The notes below the pieces were generated by a model. The model was not told the origin of the DNA, did no database searches, and saw nothing but the letters and a program-made list of their open reading frames with translations. Positions 17,638 through 27,203 of a DNA stretch of 64,000 nucleotides are shown piece after piece. The position numbers and the translations under genes were made by a program. The stretch's first letter is position 1. The number at the start of each line of letters is the position of its first letter. The stretch comes from Verrucomicrobiota bacterium (GTDB lineage: Bacteria > Verrucomicrobiota > Verrucomicrobiia > Opitutales > Coraliomargaritaceae): positions 96,001-160,000 of the forward strand of contig JBCBZJ010000003.1 of assembly GCA_039815375.1 (NCBI GenBank), in the 5' to 3' direction.

Positions 17638-20600
17638 ATGGATAACGACGAAGCTAATCCAGAGGAATCCGGGCGAAGCGCGCAGAATCGTGAGGGCCTG
17701 AAGCATCGTATTCTGAAGCCCGGAGATAGCTTTGGGAATTTTCGTGTCGTCAAGTGCATCTGCGCTGGGCTGATCACCAACTACTATCACATGCAGCATA
17801 TCCGTGACTTGCACGATGTGACAGTTGGTATTTTCCATTACCGCGCTGCCAAGGATACCAAATTCTTGAAGCGCCTCGAAGCTCTCCAGAAGAAGGTGAA
17901 AACTCTGGACCACGAGGGCGTGCCGAAGGTTCATGACTACACCGAGATCGACGGGCAGGCCTGTATCTTTCTGGATCCGATTAAAGGGCAGACGCTTAGC
18001 CAGTATTTCGATGCTCACGGAAGTCCAGGAAAGGAAGGTATGGGGGTCGAAATTACTACCCGCATACTTGCGCACTTGCTCGGCCTTCTCGGTTACGCGC
18101 ATTCTCATGGGCTCGATCATCGTGATCTTGATTCGGATCTGATTTTTATTCAGGAAGACGGCTCGGTCCGTGTCTTGGGTTTTGGCATTAAGGCAGCGCT
18201 CTCGATCGAGCTCTTCGAATCAATTGTATCGGCATCAGTTTCGCCTCTCTTCGCGAACAAGACTGTTGGCCGCTTGAACTCGTTCGATATCATGAGTCCC
18301 GAGTATCAGTCAGGTCTGCCCGAAGACACTCGTGTCGATGTCTACTGTGCAGGTGTTATCGGTTACTGGTTGCTCACAGGGCAAAAACCGGAGCATCCGA
18401 ATTTGTTGATGCCGACAGCTCTGGTAGAGGGCGTTCCTTCGCGTTGGGATGCGTTCTTCACGCGGATCCTCGAACGAAATCCGGACTTGCGGTTTCAGTC
18501 GTGTAAGATGGCCTTGCTCGCGCTTAAGGAGACCGACGATGAGCCGGAATCGGAACGCGCGGGGGTTGTCCAGCGACAGATCGACCGCATGCCGGTTCCG
18601 AAGAGTATTCGTGCGCGAGGAGAGCTTGCGACGCGCATCTACCGTTTGACGGTAATCGGTTGCATCGGATTGACGCTGACTGCGTTGGCTTCGTTCTTTC
18701 TGCGCGTTTCGTTCATGGAGGAGAAAGTCTATACTAAAGATGTCGCGCAGCGTATTGTTGAAGGTCAGGACTCAAACCTGCGGATAAAGGTTCAGCCCCC
18801 TGTCGCGAAACTAGTCTTCAAAGGCTTTACCGAGAGCTTTATCGCAAACGAAGGACTCTTGGAACTGCGAGTTGCCCCGGGGAAGTATGAGGTTCGTGCA
18901 ACGGCCCCCCACCATTTCGAAGATGTGCAGACTATAGAAATTGCAGCGGCTGAACCAGGATTTGTCGCTGACCTTGAGTTTGAACTGAAACCGGCATGGA
19001 CAGATATCCAGATACGTTCCGAGCCCGGCGCATCTGTTTCAGTAGTAGACACGCGTGATACTGAAATCGAACTCGGTTTTACCAACGAGGAGGGGATCTT
19101 TTTTCTAAAAAAAGGACTGTTTGCAGGGGTTTATCAAATCGTCGTCAAAAAAGAGGGTTACCAGCCAACTGTTCTGAAAAACCAGGAATTGGATTCTGGC
19201 GAAGTCTCTGTGATTGAGGTAGAGTTAGCACCACTGCCCGCCAGTTTGGCAGTTCGCACCACCCCTACCGGAGCGCGTATCCTGATCAACGATATTGATG
19301 TCGGCCTTTCTCCTGCTACGGTCGACGACATCATACCGAGCGATCAGTATCTCATCGTTGCTCAGTTGGATGACTACCGTGCGATGGATCGCCGAGTGGA
19401 GATTCGTGCCGGGGAAGATATCACTGTCGACTTTGGCGAACTCACCCGACGCTCTGCTGAGCTCAACATCGAAATTGATTTCGCCGGTCTGAGCGCCAGT
19501 GAATCTCGCCTCTTGCATAGCGACACAGTGGTGACGATCGGTGAGCTCCGTTATCCCTATAACTCCGCAGAGCTGAAGTTTATTCCAGAAGGGGAATACA
19601 TGATTCATGTCGAGCATGCCAAATATATTTCTAAAGCGGTCCAGCTTACACTCGAAGACCGGGATGTGAAGAAATTGGAATTCACCCTACTACCTCGTCC
19701 TGCTGAGGTGCAGCTTGTCCTACCCGGTAATCTGGAGCCAGCGATCCGGCTCAACAGGAAACAAATCGAGTTCACAGGTGAAGCTGTCATTATTCCCGCA
19801 AAAGAACCGGTAGAGTTCGAGTTACGTATACAAAATTATCTTACGATGGTCCGGAAATTTGTCTTGGAGCCAAACGAGAAAGTTACCTGGAATGTGACGC
19901 CGGTTCCGATTCCCGGGCCGACCGAAGGGCAAACGTGGACTATGCCTTATTTCGGCTTCAAATTTGCCTGGGTGCCGCCAGGAGAATTTACGATGGGCAG
20001 CCCGATGGTCGAGCAAGGGCGCTTGCCGAATGAAGGCCCGAAAACAAAAGTGACTTTTACCAAGGGCTTTTGGGCGGGCATCTACGAGGTGAGCCAAGCT
20101 GAATTCAGGGAAGTCGTGGGGCGAAATCCGTCTGAATTTAGAGGTGCGGACAAGCCGGTCGATAGCGTCCTGTGGCAGGAAGCGGTAGATTTTTGTAAGA
20201 CACTTACTAGAATGGAACGTGAGGCAGGGCGCTTGCCTGTGGGCTTTGTCTATCGATTACCGACTGAAGCGGAGTGGGAGTATGCGGCTCGTGGCAAGAC
20301 GATTTCACCTTTTCATTTTGGTGAAACGGCCGATGCCACCTCAGGCAATTTCCGTGGGATTTATCCGAGGGAACTCGAAGGAGGGCAACGGGCTAGCCAA
20401 ACCTATGGCAGTGAGTCAGTCGGCAGTTACAGGCCCAACGCATATGGGCTTTACGACGTCCACGGCAATATCAGTGAATGGACATTGGAAGTCTACAACG
20501 GTCGGCTTGATGGCGGCCAGGTGGTGGATCCTGCTCCTCGAACCGGAGGAAAGCGTTTTGCTGTGCGTGGTGGTAGTTGGGAAGATTTTGCGGTCCGTGT

Positions 20601-20685
20601 TCGGTCGGCTGTGCGTGAAGATGTCCGAATGGATACTGAAAGTAACGCAATTGGCTTCCGCGTCTTTATCGCACCCGAGAAGTAA
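17638..20685 (+). CDS. Ser/Thr-kinase-like (pseudokinase) - TM - PEGA-like repeats - FGE-sulfatase (SUMF1) domain protein
   Basis: Kinase fold HRDLDSD, MSPEY and DVYCAG; one TM; PEGA-like VRTTPTGARILIN; FGE motifs FTMGSP, RLPTEAEWEYAAR, PNAYGLYDVHGNISEW, RGGSW and IGFRV. Confidence 0.85.
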   Translation: MDNDEANPEESGRSAQNREGLKHRILKPGDSFGNFRVVKCICAGLITNYYHMQHIRDLHDVTVGIFHYRAAKDTKFLKRLEALQKKVKTLDHEGVPKVHDYTEIDGQACIFLDPIKGQTLSQYFDAHGSPGKEGMGVEITTRILAHLLGLLGYAHSHGLDHRDLDSDLIFIQEDGSVRVLGFGIKAALSIELFESIVSASVSPLFANKTVGRLNSFDIMSPEYQSGLPEDTRVDVYCAGVIGYWLLTGQKPEHPNLLMPTALVEGVPSRWDAFFTRILERNPDLRFQSCKMALLALKETDDEPESERAGVVQRQIDRMPVPKSIRARGELATRIYRLTVIGCIGLTLTALASFFLRVSFMEEKVYTKDVAQRIVEGQDSNLRIKVQPPVAKLVFKGFTESFIANEGLLELRVAPGKYEVRATAPHHFEDVQTIEIAAAEPGFVADLEFELKPAWTDIQIRSEPGASVSVVDTRDTEIELGFTNEEGIFFLKKGLFAGVYQIVVKKEGYQPTVLKNQELDSGEVSVIEVELAPLPASLAVRTTPTGARILINDIDVGLSPATVDDIIPSDQYLIVAQLDDYRAMDRRVEIRAGEDITVDFGELTRRSAELNIEIDFAGLSASESRLLHSDTVVTIGELRYPYNSAELKFIPEGEYMIHVEHAKYISKAVQLTLEDRDVKKLEFTLLPRPAEVQLVLPGNLEPAIRLNRKQIEFTGEAVIIPAKEPVEFELRIQNYLTMVRKFVLEPNEKVTWNVTPVPIPGPTEGQTWTMPYFGFKFAWVPPGEFTMGSPMVEQGRLPNEGPKTKVTFTKGFWAGIYEVSQAEFREVVGRNPSEFRGADKPVDSVLWQEAVDFCKTLTRMEREAGRLPVGFVYRLPTEAEWEYAARGKTISPFHFGETADATSGNFRGIYPRELEGGQRASQTYGSESVGSYRPNAYGLYDVHGNISEWTLEVYNGRLDGGQVVDPAPRTGGKRFAVRGGSWEDFAVRVRSAVREDVRMDTESNAIGFRVFIAPEK

Positions 20686-20686
20686 T

Positions 20687-20975
20687 ACAAGCAAACCAGT
20701 ATTGCCGTCGAATGGTGGGAGCGACTGGAGTCGTTCCGAGGCCGAGGGCCAACAAGACCGGTCCGGCTGGTGTCGGAACCGGACCACCGAAGGTGAGACT
20801 ACAGCTCACAGACAAACCAGTATTGCAGTCTAATGGTGGGAGCGACTGGAGTCGTTCCGAGGCCGAAGGCCGACAAGACCGGTCCGGCTGATGCCGGAAC
20901 CGGACCACCGAAGGTGAGACTACAGCGCACAAACAAGCCAGTATTGCAGTCTAATGGTGGGAGCGACTGGAGTCG
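20687..20975. repeat. 121-bp tandem repeat (two full units plus a partial one), each unit containing 21 nt of the tRNA-Val 3' end
   Basis: TGGTGGGAGCGACTGGAGTCG recurs at 20713, 20834 and 20955 (the last is the tRNA itself). The two full units differ at 7 of 121 positions. A degenerate ~26-bp tail lies at 20687-20712. Confidence 0.93.
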
Positions 20976-21031
20976 AACCAGCGACCTCATCCATGTCAAG
21001 GATGCGCTCTAACCAACTGAGCTACGCCCCC
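20955..21031 (-). tRNA. tRNA-Val(GAC)
   Basis: GGGGGCG TAGCTCAGTTGGTTAGAGCG CATCC-TTGACAT-GGATG AGGTC GCTGG-TTCGACT-CCAGT CGCTCCC ACCA: full cloverleaf with encoded CCA. Confidence 0.97.
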
Positions 21032-21125
21032 ATTCCATTACGGAAGGGGCGGAATAAAGGTTTACGACACTGCTGAAGCAAGAAAAAATTTGCGCTATCA
21101 CTTCGATACGCGAAGCATGTGAGGC

Positions 21126-21926
21126 ATGAATATCGTCCGCGTCCAAAATACAGATGGCAGTATTTGCTATGGGTGTGAGCATGGCCGGCAGGTTTTACGA
21201 ATCGAGGGTGACGTTTTCGGTGAATTTGCAGTGACGAATGATGTACTGGATCCGGTGAAGCGCTTAGCCCCGATTGAACCGGCTGCGATCTACGCCATCG
21301 GGCTGAACTATCGCGAGCACGCTGCTGAAATGAAGGCGGAGATACCGGACCACCCTGTGGTTTTTACCAAGAGTACCACTTCGTTACTTGATCCTTATGA
21401 TCCGATTTTGCTACCTCGACATCTGCACAGCGATCAGGTCGATTATGAATGTGAGTTGGCCGTAGTGATCGGTAAACGGTGCAAGAACGTTTCCGTTGAA
21501 GACGCGCTCGATTTTGTCCTAGGCTACACCTGTGCCAACGATGTCAGCGCGCGAGACTGGCAAATGTTTCATGGGGGTGGGCAATGGATCAAGGGCAAGA
21601 GCTTCGATACCTTTTGTCCGCTTGGCCCTATGCTTGTGACTGCAGACGATGTGCCGGATCCGCAAATCCTGCCGATTCGAACAATTCTAAATGGACAGAT
21701 CGTGCAGGAGTCTTTCACCGGCGATATGATTTTCCCAGTTGCGGAACTGATTACTTTTCTCAGCGGGAGCATGACTCTGCTCCCTGGAACGGTCATTCTG
21801 ACAGGAACGCCTCCAGGTGTAGGCATGGCGGCTAAACCTCAGCGTTTTCTGAAGCCGGGCGACGAGATTGTGATCGAGATTACCGGTATTGGAATGCTTC
21901 ATAACACAGTTGAAGCTGAAGCTTAA
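21126..21926 (+). CDS. Fumarylacetoacetate hydrolase family protein
   Basis: [40 protein letters not shown] and [10 protein letters not shown] motifs. Confidence 0.93.
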   Translation: MNIVRVQNTDGSICYGCEHGRQVLRIEGDVFGEFAVTNDVLDPVKRLAPIEPAAIYAIGLNYREHAAEMKAEIPDHPVVFTKSTTSLLDPYDPILLPRHLHSDQVDYECELAVVIGKRCKNVSVEDALDFVLGYTCANDVSARDWQMFHGGGQWIKGKSFDTFCPLGPMLVTADDVPDPQILPIRTILNGQIVQESFTGDMIFPVAELITFLSGSMTLLPGTVILTGTPPGVGMAAKPQRFLKPGDEIVIEITGIGMLHNTVEAEA

Positions 21927-22072
21927 CGAACCTCGATTTTCCAAACTCGAAATGGGGCGTGTGGGTGATTTTCCCATCAGCTCGGGAGCTGATTCAACGT
22001 TCAATACCGGGCGTTCGCATTCTTGCCTGCCTTTCTGCTCGACGCACTTTTGGGTCGCACTATTACGAGACT

Positions 22073-22858
22073 ATGTCTGCCACTGTTTTTACAATAGCGA
22101 ACCAGAAGGGCGGGGTTGGTAAGACCACCACGGCGATCAACCTCAGCTATGCTTTGGCTGAAAAAGGTGTGCGCACGGTGCTGGTCGACCTCGATCCGCA
22201 AGCAAATGCAACCAGTGGTCTCGGGTTGGAAAAACTGGAAGGTGGCAGTCTTTACGGTCCGCTTTGCGGAGAGGGTAATGCGTTGGAAAAAGTCCAGCCG
22301 GTGGGTGCGAGTGACTGCCTCTTTGTTATTCCGTCTGAAGTCGATATGGCCGCTATTGAGATCGAGCTTGTTCAGCGCGGGAATTATCTTGTCCAGTTGC
22401 GTGACGTCGTGGCCCCTTTGCGTGAGTCCGGCGATTACGATGCGATCATTCTGGATTGTCCGCCTGCGCTTGGGATGCTGTCGATGAATAGTTTGGCCGC
22501 AGCCGATTACCTGCTTATCGCCCTACAGTGCGAATACCTTGCGATGGAGGGCCTCGGCCAGATTCTCAAAGTCGTTGAGAAGCTACGTGATGCCGGTGTG
22601 AACGATGGCCTTGAGTTGGGTGGGATTCTTATGACTATGTTCGATCAGCGGACGAATCTTGGCCAACAGGTTGTCGGCGAAGTGCGGAACCACTTCGATG
22701 ATTTGGTCTTTCGCACGATGATTCCTCGCTCGGTCCGGTTGAGTGAGGCGCCGAGCTTCGGTCAGTCAATCTTCGAATATGATGCGTCTAGTCGCGGGGC
22801 GCATGCCTACCGTTATTTCGCCGATGAAGTCATTGAACGATTCAACTTGGTGAAGTAG
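22073..22858 (+). CDS. parA: ParA/Soj family ATPase
   Basis: NQKGGVGKTTT, DLDPQANAT, DCPPALG, QCEYLAMEG and RLSEAPSFG motifs. Start taken at MSATV (22073). Confidence 0.92.
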   Translation: MSATVFTIANQKGGVGKTTTAINLSYALAEKGVRTVLVDLDPQANATSGLGLEKLEGGSLYGPLCGEGNALEKVQPVGASDCLFVIPSEVDMAAIEIELVQRGNYLVQLRDVVAPLRESGDYDAIILDCPPALGMLSMNSLAAADYLLIALQCEYLAMEGLGQILKVVEKLRDAGVNDGLELGGILMTMFDQRTNLGQQVVGEVRNHFDDLVFRTMIPRSVRLSEAPSFGQSIFEYDASSRGAHAYRYFADEVIERFNLVK

Positions 22859-22925
22859 TAATGCATGCTCTCATGCGTTCGAGATACTTCCAAAGTATTG
22901 CGATTGCGCGCTTCCATCATGAGTC

Positions 22926-23837
22926 ATGTCTGACCTGATTCCTCATCTTGACTCGTTCGTCAGTCACCTTTCGCTGGAGCGACGGGTTTCGGATTACACG
23001 GTCCGAAACTATCGTGCAGCAGTCGAGAGCTTCGTGGAATGGTTGATTGAAACCGGGAAATGGAAGAGTGACTTTGGATCCGTGAGTTCGACCCTGGTCC
23101 GCTCATTCTTGGTCGAGAAGGGTCGGCGGTTGGCGCGTCGAACATTGCACAACCATGTTTCCGGTCTGAGGTCTTTCTATCGCTATCTCCGGGTTCAGGG
23201 TGTCGTGGAGTCGAATCCGTTTACCGGGGTAACCTTGCCGAAACTGGATAAACCCCTGCCGAAGTTTCTAACCGAAGCCCAAATGACGCAGCTGTTGAAT
23301 GCGCCTATTACAGAGTGGAAAGATGGCAAACTCTGTGAGTTTGAAGCCTTTCGCGATAGTCTTGTTCTTGAGCTGCTTTACGGAGGAGGGCTACGCGTTA
23401 GCGAGCTTTGCACATTGACGCATGCCAATGTCGATCTATCTCAAGGGGTGGCTCGCGTTTTCGGCAAGGGGCGGAAAGAGCGCCTTTGTCCACTCGGCCC
23501 GATGGCCACGCAGTGCCTTAAGCTCTTCATCAAACGTTTCGATCTGTGTGCGGATTTGGACGATTATGTGGTTTGCCATCGAAACGGAAAGGCAATGCAG
23601 CCTCGCCAAATCCAGAAGTTATTGAAGACACATCTTGCCGCGGCGGGTCTGCCTCTCGATATGACGCCACACAAGCTGCGCCATTCCTTTGCCACGCACA
23701 TGCTTGATCGCGGTGCCGACCTCCGTGCCGTTCAGGAGCTACTCGGGCATGCGAATCTGTCGACCACCCAAGTCTACACCCACGTTTCGATTGCCCGGCT
23801 GAAGGAGGCGCATAGGCAAGCCCATCCGAGAGCCTAA
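22926..23837 (+). CDS. xerC: Tyrosine recombinase, XerC/XerD family
   Basis: Catalytic residues in GLRVSEL, GKGRKER, HKLRHSFATH and LLGHANLSTTQVYTH; 303 aa. Confidence 0.88.
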   Translation: MSDLIPHLDSFVSHLSLERRVSDYTVRNYRAAVESFVEWLIETGKWKSDFGSVSSTLVRSFLVEKGRRLARRTLHNHVSGLRSFYRYLRVQGVVESNPFTGVTLPKLDKPLPKFLTEAQMTQLLNAPITEWKDGKLCEFEAFRDSLVLELLYGGGLRVSELCTLTHANVDLSQGVARVFGKGRKERLCPLGPMATQCLKLFIKRFDLCADLDDYVVCHRNGKAMQPRQIQKLLKTHLAAAGLPLDMTPHKLRHSFATHMLDRGADLRAVQELLGHANLSTTQVYTHVSIARLKEAHRQAHPRA

Positions 23838-25753
23838 GCCTCGGCTTCTTCTATAACCGGTGTATTCGCAACCAGGATACGTTTTCGTGCCTTGTGATTC
23901 TCTTCGCGGCCGAAGTCACTCCTCCAGTAGCGGTAGGGAGTCAGGACGATCGCAATACAGATCAACTGGCTTAGCCAGAAAGCCATGAGCCAGTAAAAGC
24001 CGCTGTCGGTGAAGCCGTAGCTGTGTAGTCCGACCCCGAGTAAGTTCGTGCCGAACCAGGACCATGCCGTGATGATATTGCCGCAGATCGCGAGTGCCAT
24101 GAGTCCACGTTCCTTGCAGATGCCACCCCAGCGTGCGTGCAGATAGATCGCGCCCATGATGACGATCATCAAAGCACCATTTTCTTTTGGGTCCCAGCCC
24201 CAGAAACGGCCCCAGCTTTGGTCCGCCCAGATGCCGCCGAGAATTGTGCCGACAAGGCTAAACAGAACCCCGAAACAAGTGATGCCATAGACCATCGCGC
24301 TCAAAGAGCGGGCACTCTTTTTATCGAATTTCTTGCCGAATACACCAATAAATCCAAAAACCACACCCAGCGCACCGGCGAGGAACATCGCCGAATAACC
24401 GAAGGTGATGACCGTTACGTGTGTCGCTAGCCAGAAATTCGAGTCGAGCACGGCACGCATCATTTCGAGCGTGTCACCACTCATCGCGAGGTGGTGTGCA
24501 ACAATCAGTGTGGAGAAGCCAACTAAAGAGGCCATGGCTGCACCGATGCCGTTCTTGAAGAACTTTTCAATGATCGCACCGAGGAGGACCGCGCCCCAAC
24601 CAACGAATACCGCTGAGGAGTAAAGATTCGTCACGAAAACGAAGTAGCGTTCCTGGATATACATCCGTGCGACGAGCCCGAAAGTGTGGATGATAAACGA
24701 GAGCACGAGCACCCAAAACGCGGCGAAACTGAGTTCTTTTGGCCAACGCAGCCAACTGATACAGACGATCAGGAAGATTAAAACATAGAGCGCCATCGCA
24801 AGTCCGAAGGGCTGCATGCCATTAAAAACACGCTCGAAATGGACTCGATTGATTTCATCCGGAAAATCGACGATGAACCGCTGGCGAAGCTGGTTTACTG
24901 TTTCGTTGAACGTGGCAGGATCACCGGAGCGGTAGGACATCGTAAGGCTCGCATAGCTGATCACATAGGGGCTGAGGGATCTCGTTTGCACGACGTCTAG
25001 TAGCTCTTGGCCGATATTCTTCCAATTCGCCATCGGGTCGACGGGTGGAGGAGGTGGCACGACCCGTAGCTGGGCGGTCTGGGAGAGACGAAGGTAGTCA
25101 TCACCATAGTCGACGAAGCGCTGTAGCACCTCGTTATCGTAGTCTTCCCCCGCTTGCTGCTTCTGCAGCTCAGCCAAGCCCGGTTGAACGGTTGCCTGAT
25201 AGCTGGCATACTCATCGACAAGGCGGTCGAGGCGTTCTGCATCGCCGATCGGATGTAGCGAATGCATGATGCGGTGGTAAAGAATCAGGCCGTTGTTGAG
25301 GTCAACGATTTGCTGGTCGTAAGCGCTTCGCTTTCGGGGCTCCGGATCTACCTTAGCGTAGAGGCTGAGGATGTCGTTGAAGTGGGGTCGTAGATCATTA
25401 AAGGAGTAATAGCGCTTTGATTTTTCCGCGAGTCCGGGAAGGCCTAGGTCATCCGGAAATTCGATCTTAAAGATGCGGTAGGTGTCGGCGAGCTCTGGCT
25501 TCATCGTGAGATCCATGAACCACTGGATCGGCGTGATGAAATTGCCTTCGGGTGTTTCGACCTTTTGTCGTGCGGAGAGAATGAGCAGCGTATTGCGGGC
25601 AACTGAGTCGAGTGGCTTGATGCGGCCACCGACTTGCACGGGCAGTTCGGAGAAGCTGTCGATGTCGAACTCTGAGGGCTCTCCGGCTGGCCGGAAGTGC
25701 CGTCCAAGTATCAGAAGGACCAGAGCAGCAACGATGATGACGATCTTTTTCAT
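23834..25753 (-). CDS. ccsA: Cytochrome c biogenesis protein CcsA (System II), long form
   Basis: GRIKPLDSVAR N-terminal domain, LDSNFWLATHV, WWD domain WADQSWGRFWGWDPKEN and GVGLHSYG. Confidence 0.93.
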   Translation of the reverse strand: MKKIVIIVAALVLLILGRHFRPAGEPSEFDIDSFSELPVQVGGRIKPLDSVARNTLLILSARQKVETPEGNFITPIQWFMDLTMKPELADTYRIFKIEFPDDLGLPGLAEKSKRYYSFNDLRPHFNDILSLYAKVDPEPRKRSAYDQQIVDLNNGLILYHRIMHSLHPIGDAERLDRLVDEYASYQATVQPGLAELQKQQAGEDYDNEVLQRFVDYGDDYLRLSQTAQLRVVPPPPPVDPMANWKNIGQELLDVVQTRSLSPYVISYASLTMSYRSGDPATFNETVNQLRQRFIVDFPDEINRVHFERVFNGMQPFGLAMALYVLIFLIVCISWLRWPKELSFAAFWVLVLSFIIHTFGLVARMYIQERYFVFVTNLYSSAVFVGWGAVLLGAIIEKFFKNGIGAAMASLVGFSTLIVAHHLAMSGDTLEMMRAVLDSNFWLATHVTVITFGYSAMFLAGALGVVFGFIGVFGKKFDKKSARSLSAMVYGITCFGVLFSLVGTILGGIWADQSWGRFWGWDPKENGALMIVIMGAIYLHARWGGICKERGLMALAICGNIITAWSWFGTNLLGVGLHSYGFTDSGFYWLMAFWLSQLICIAIVLTPYRYWRSDFGREENHKARKRILVANTPVIEEAEA

Positions 25754-25859
25754 GTTTTATTGGACTCGGACCTAGATGAAGGAAGGCTGATTTTTGGCCG
25801 ATGCAAACGGAATCGGGTGGAAGTCGAACTCCCTGAGAGCGGTCGGGTTTTTCGACGAG

Positions 25860-27203
25860 TTACTTCTCTGCCTCCCTTTTCTCTGCCTTTATTTTCTCCT
25901 CGCGGGCCATTTCCAAGCTGTCGACAAAGGTCGTTGGCATGCCTTGGAAGTTGCGTTTAATCAGCTCGTCGTCTGCTAGAGCATTTAGTGAAAACTGAAG
26001 ACCGTGGCAGTTAATGCACGCGCTGCGGACCATCTTTTCGTTGGGCCGAAGGCTGTTGTTCTGGTTGTGGTCGACTATAGTGAAACTCTCGCCAAACTTG
26101 CTTCGTTCCACTCGGGGCATGTGGCAGGTTGCACAGCTGACGGCTTCACGGTCTGAGCGGAGGCCTTGCTTCGATTGCACAAAGAGTTGGAAGTGCTTTG
26201 AATTCTTGTAGGCGAGAGAGTGCTCGTCGTTGTGACAGTTGAGGCAGGCATCGACTGCTGCATAGTTTGTGCTAAAGCGGTGCGAATCATGGCAGGATGC
26301 GCAGGTCAGTTCGTTGTGGGCGGCTTCAGGCCGCATCGGAATCCTGGCCATACCTGGAGTCATTGGACTGAGTCCGAGTGCGAGGCGCATCCCGTGCTTT
26401 CCTTCGAGGAAGCCTTTGGTCTCGTGCTCGTGGCACTTTTGGCAGGATTCATAGCCGGGGTTGTCGTGCCAGAGCATTTGCCCAGTCGAGGGTTCTTCGA
26501 TCTCATGGCAGCTCGTGCAGTTTACCCCGGCTGCAGCATGTGCTGTGGATGACCAGTCATGCAAAATTTGGCGGGTGTATTCGACCTCGCCGGGCATGTC
26601 GGCGTGGGCTTGTGCGAGTGCTTCGCCTTCGTGATCATTGTAAAAGTCCCGGGCCCGGCTTAGTGCAATCTGCTTGAAATTTGGTTCGTCGAGGTGGTCG
26701 GTTAGGAAGCGTTCGTAAAGACTGCTGTTGTCGTGGAAATTATGGCATCCTGCAGTTGCGCAGGTGTCGAAGCCCATCCCTGCATGAGAAGGACGTTGCT
26801 CTCCGATCTTCTGGTGGCAGTGGTAGCAGTAGTCGGTTGGCAGGGTGACGCCCATATCGCGAGTGATTTCCGACTGGTGTTCACGGTGGCAGGTAATGCA
26901 CTTGGTGGCCTCGATTTTTTCGAGGCGAGAGGCATTGCGCGGGTCTTTAAATTTGATCACCGGGTGCGAGTCGTCGATGCGCTCGAGCTCCTCGGCATGG
27001 CACTTTGTGCAGGCATCCTGTAGAACGCCCATGTTGGGTGTGTGGCACTCGTTGCAGGACATTTCGATTTGGTGGTGTCCATGCGACGTCTCACCCGGGA
27101 TGAACAGGTCTTTCGGGCCAAGGGAGATGGAATAGCCCAAATACGTAATCAGGCCGATTAGCCCAAATATCCAATAGCGGTATTCTAGGAAGGTCTTTTT
27201 CAT
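25860..27203 (-). CDS. Membrane-anchored 11-heme c-type cytochrome (10 CxxCH + 1 CX4CH)
   Basis: CNECH, CTKCH, CITCH, CYHCH, CATAGCH, CTSCH, CQKCH, CASCH, CLNCH, CATCH and CINCH; N-terminal hydrophobic helix; start overlaps the upstream stop (TAATG). Confidence 0.9.
   Translation of the reverse strand: MKKTFLEYRYWIFGLIGLITYLGYSISLGPKDLFIPGETSHGHHQIEMSCNECHTPNMGVLQDACTKCHAEELERIDDSHPVIKFKDPRNASRLEKIEATKCITCHREHQSEITRDMGVTLPTDYCYHCHQKIGEQRPSHAGMGFDTCATAGCHNFHDNSSLYERFLTDHLDEPNFKQIALSRARDFYNDHEGEALAQAHADMPGEVEYTRQILHDWSSTAHAAAGVNCTSCHEIEEPSTGQMLWHDNPGYESCQKCHEHETKGFLEGKHGMRLALGLSPMTPGMARIPMRPEAAHNELTCASCHDSHRFSTNYAAVDACLNCHNDEHSLAYKNSKHFQLFVQSKQGLRSDREAVSCATCHMPRVERSKFGESFTIVDHNQNNSLRPNEKMVRSACINCHGLQFSLNALADDELIKRNFQGMPTTFVDSLEMAREEKIKAEKREAEK

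Noticed and set aside
19900..20685. Active formylglycine-generating enzyme or the OvoA N-terminal partner
   Set aside because: No catalytic Cys pair and no DinB-like His-triad domain.
20687..20975. CRISPR array
   Set aside because: The intervening sequences are near-identical rather than unique spacers, the conserved part is a tRNA 3' end, and there are no cas genes.
22926..23837. Integrase of a genomic island at tRNA-Val
   Set aside because: Size and motifs fit housekeeping XerC/D, it lies upstream of the tRNA among core-like genes, and I saw no distant att duplication.
25860..27203. NrfA or canonical HAO call
   Set aside because: No CxxCK motif, no heme-4 equivalent, and no long C-terminal helical region with a cross-linking Tyr.
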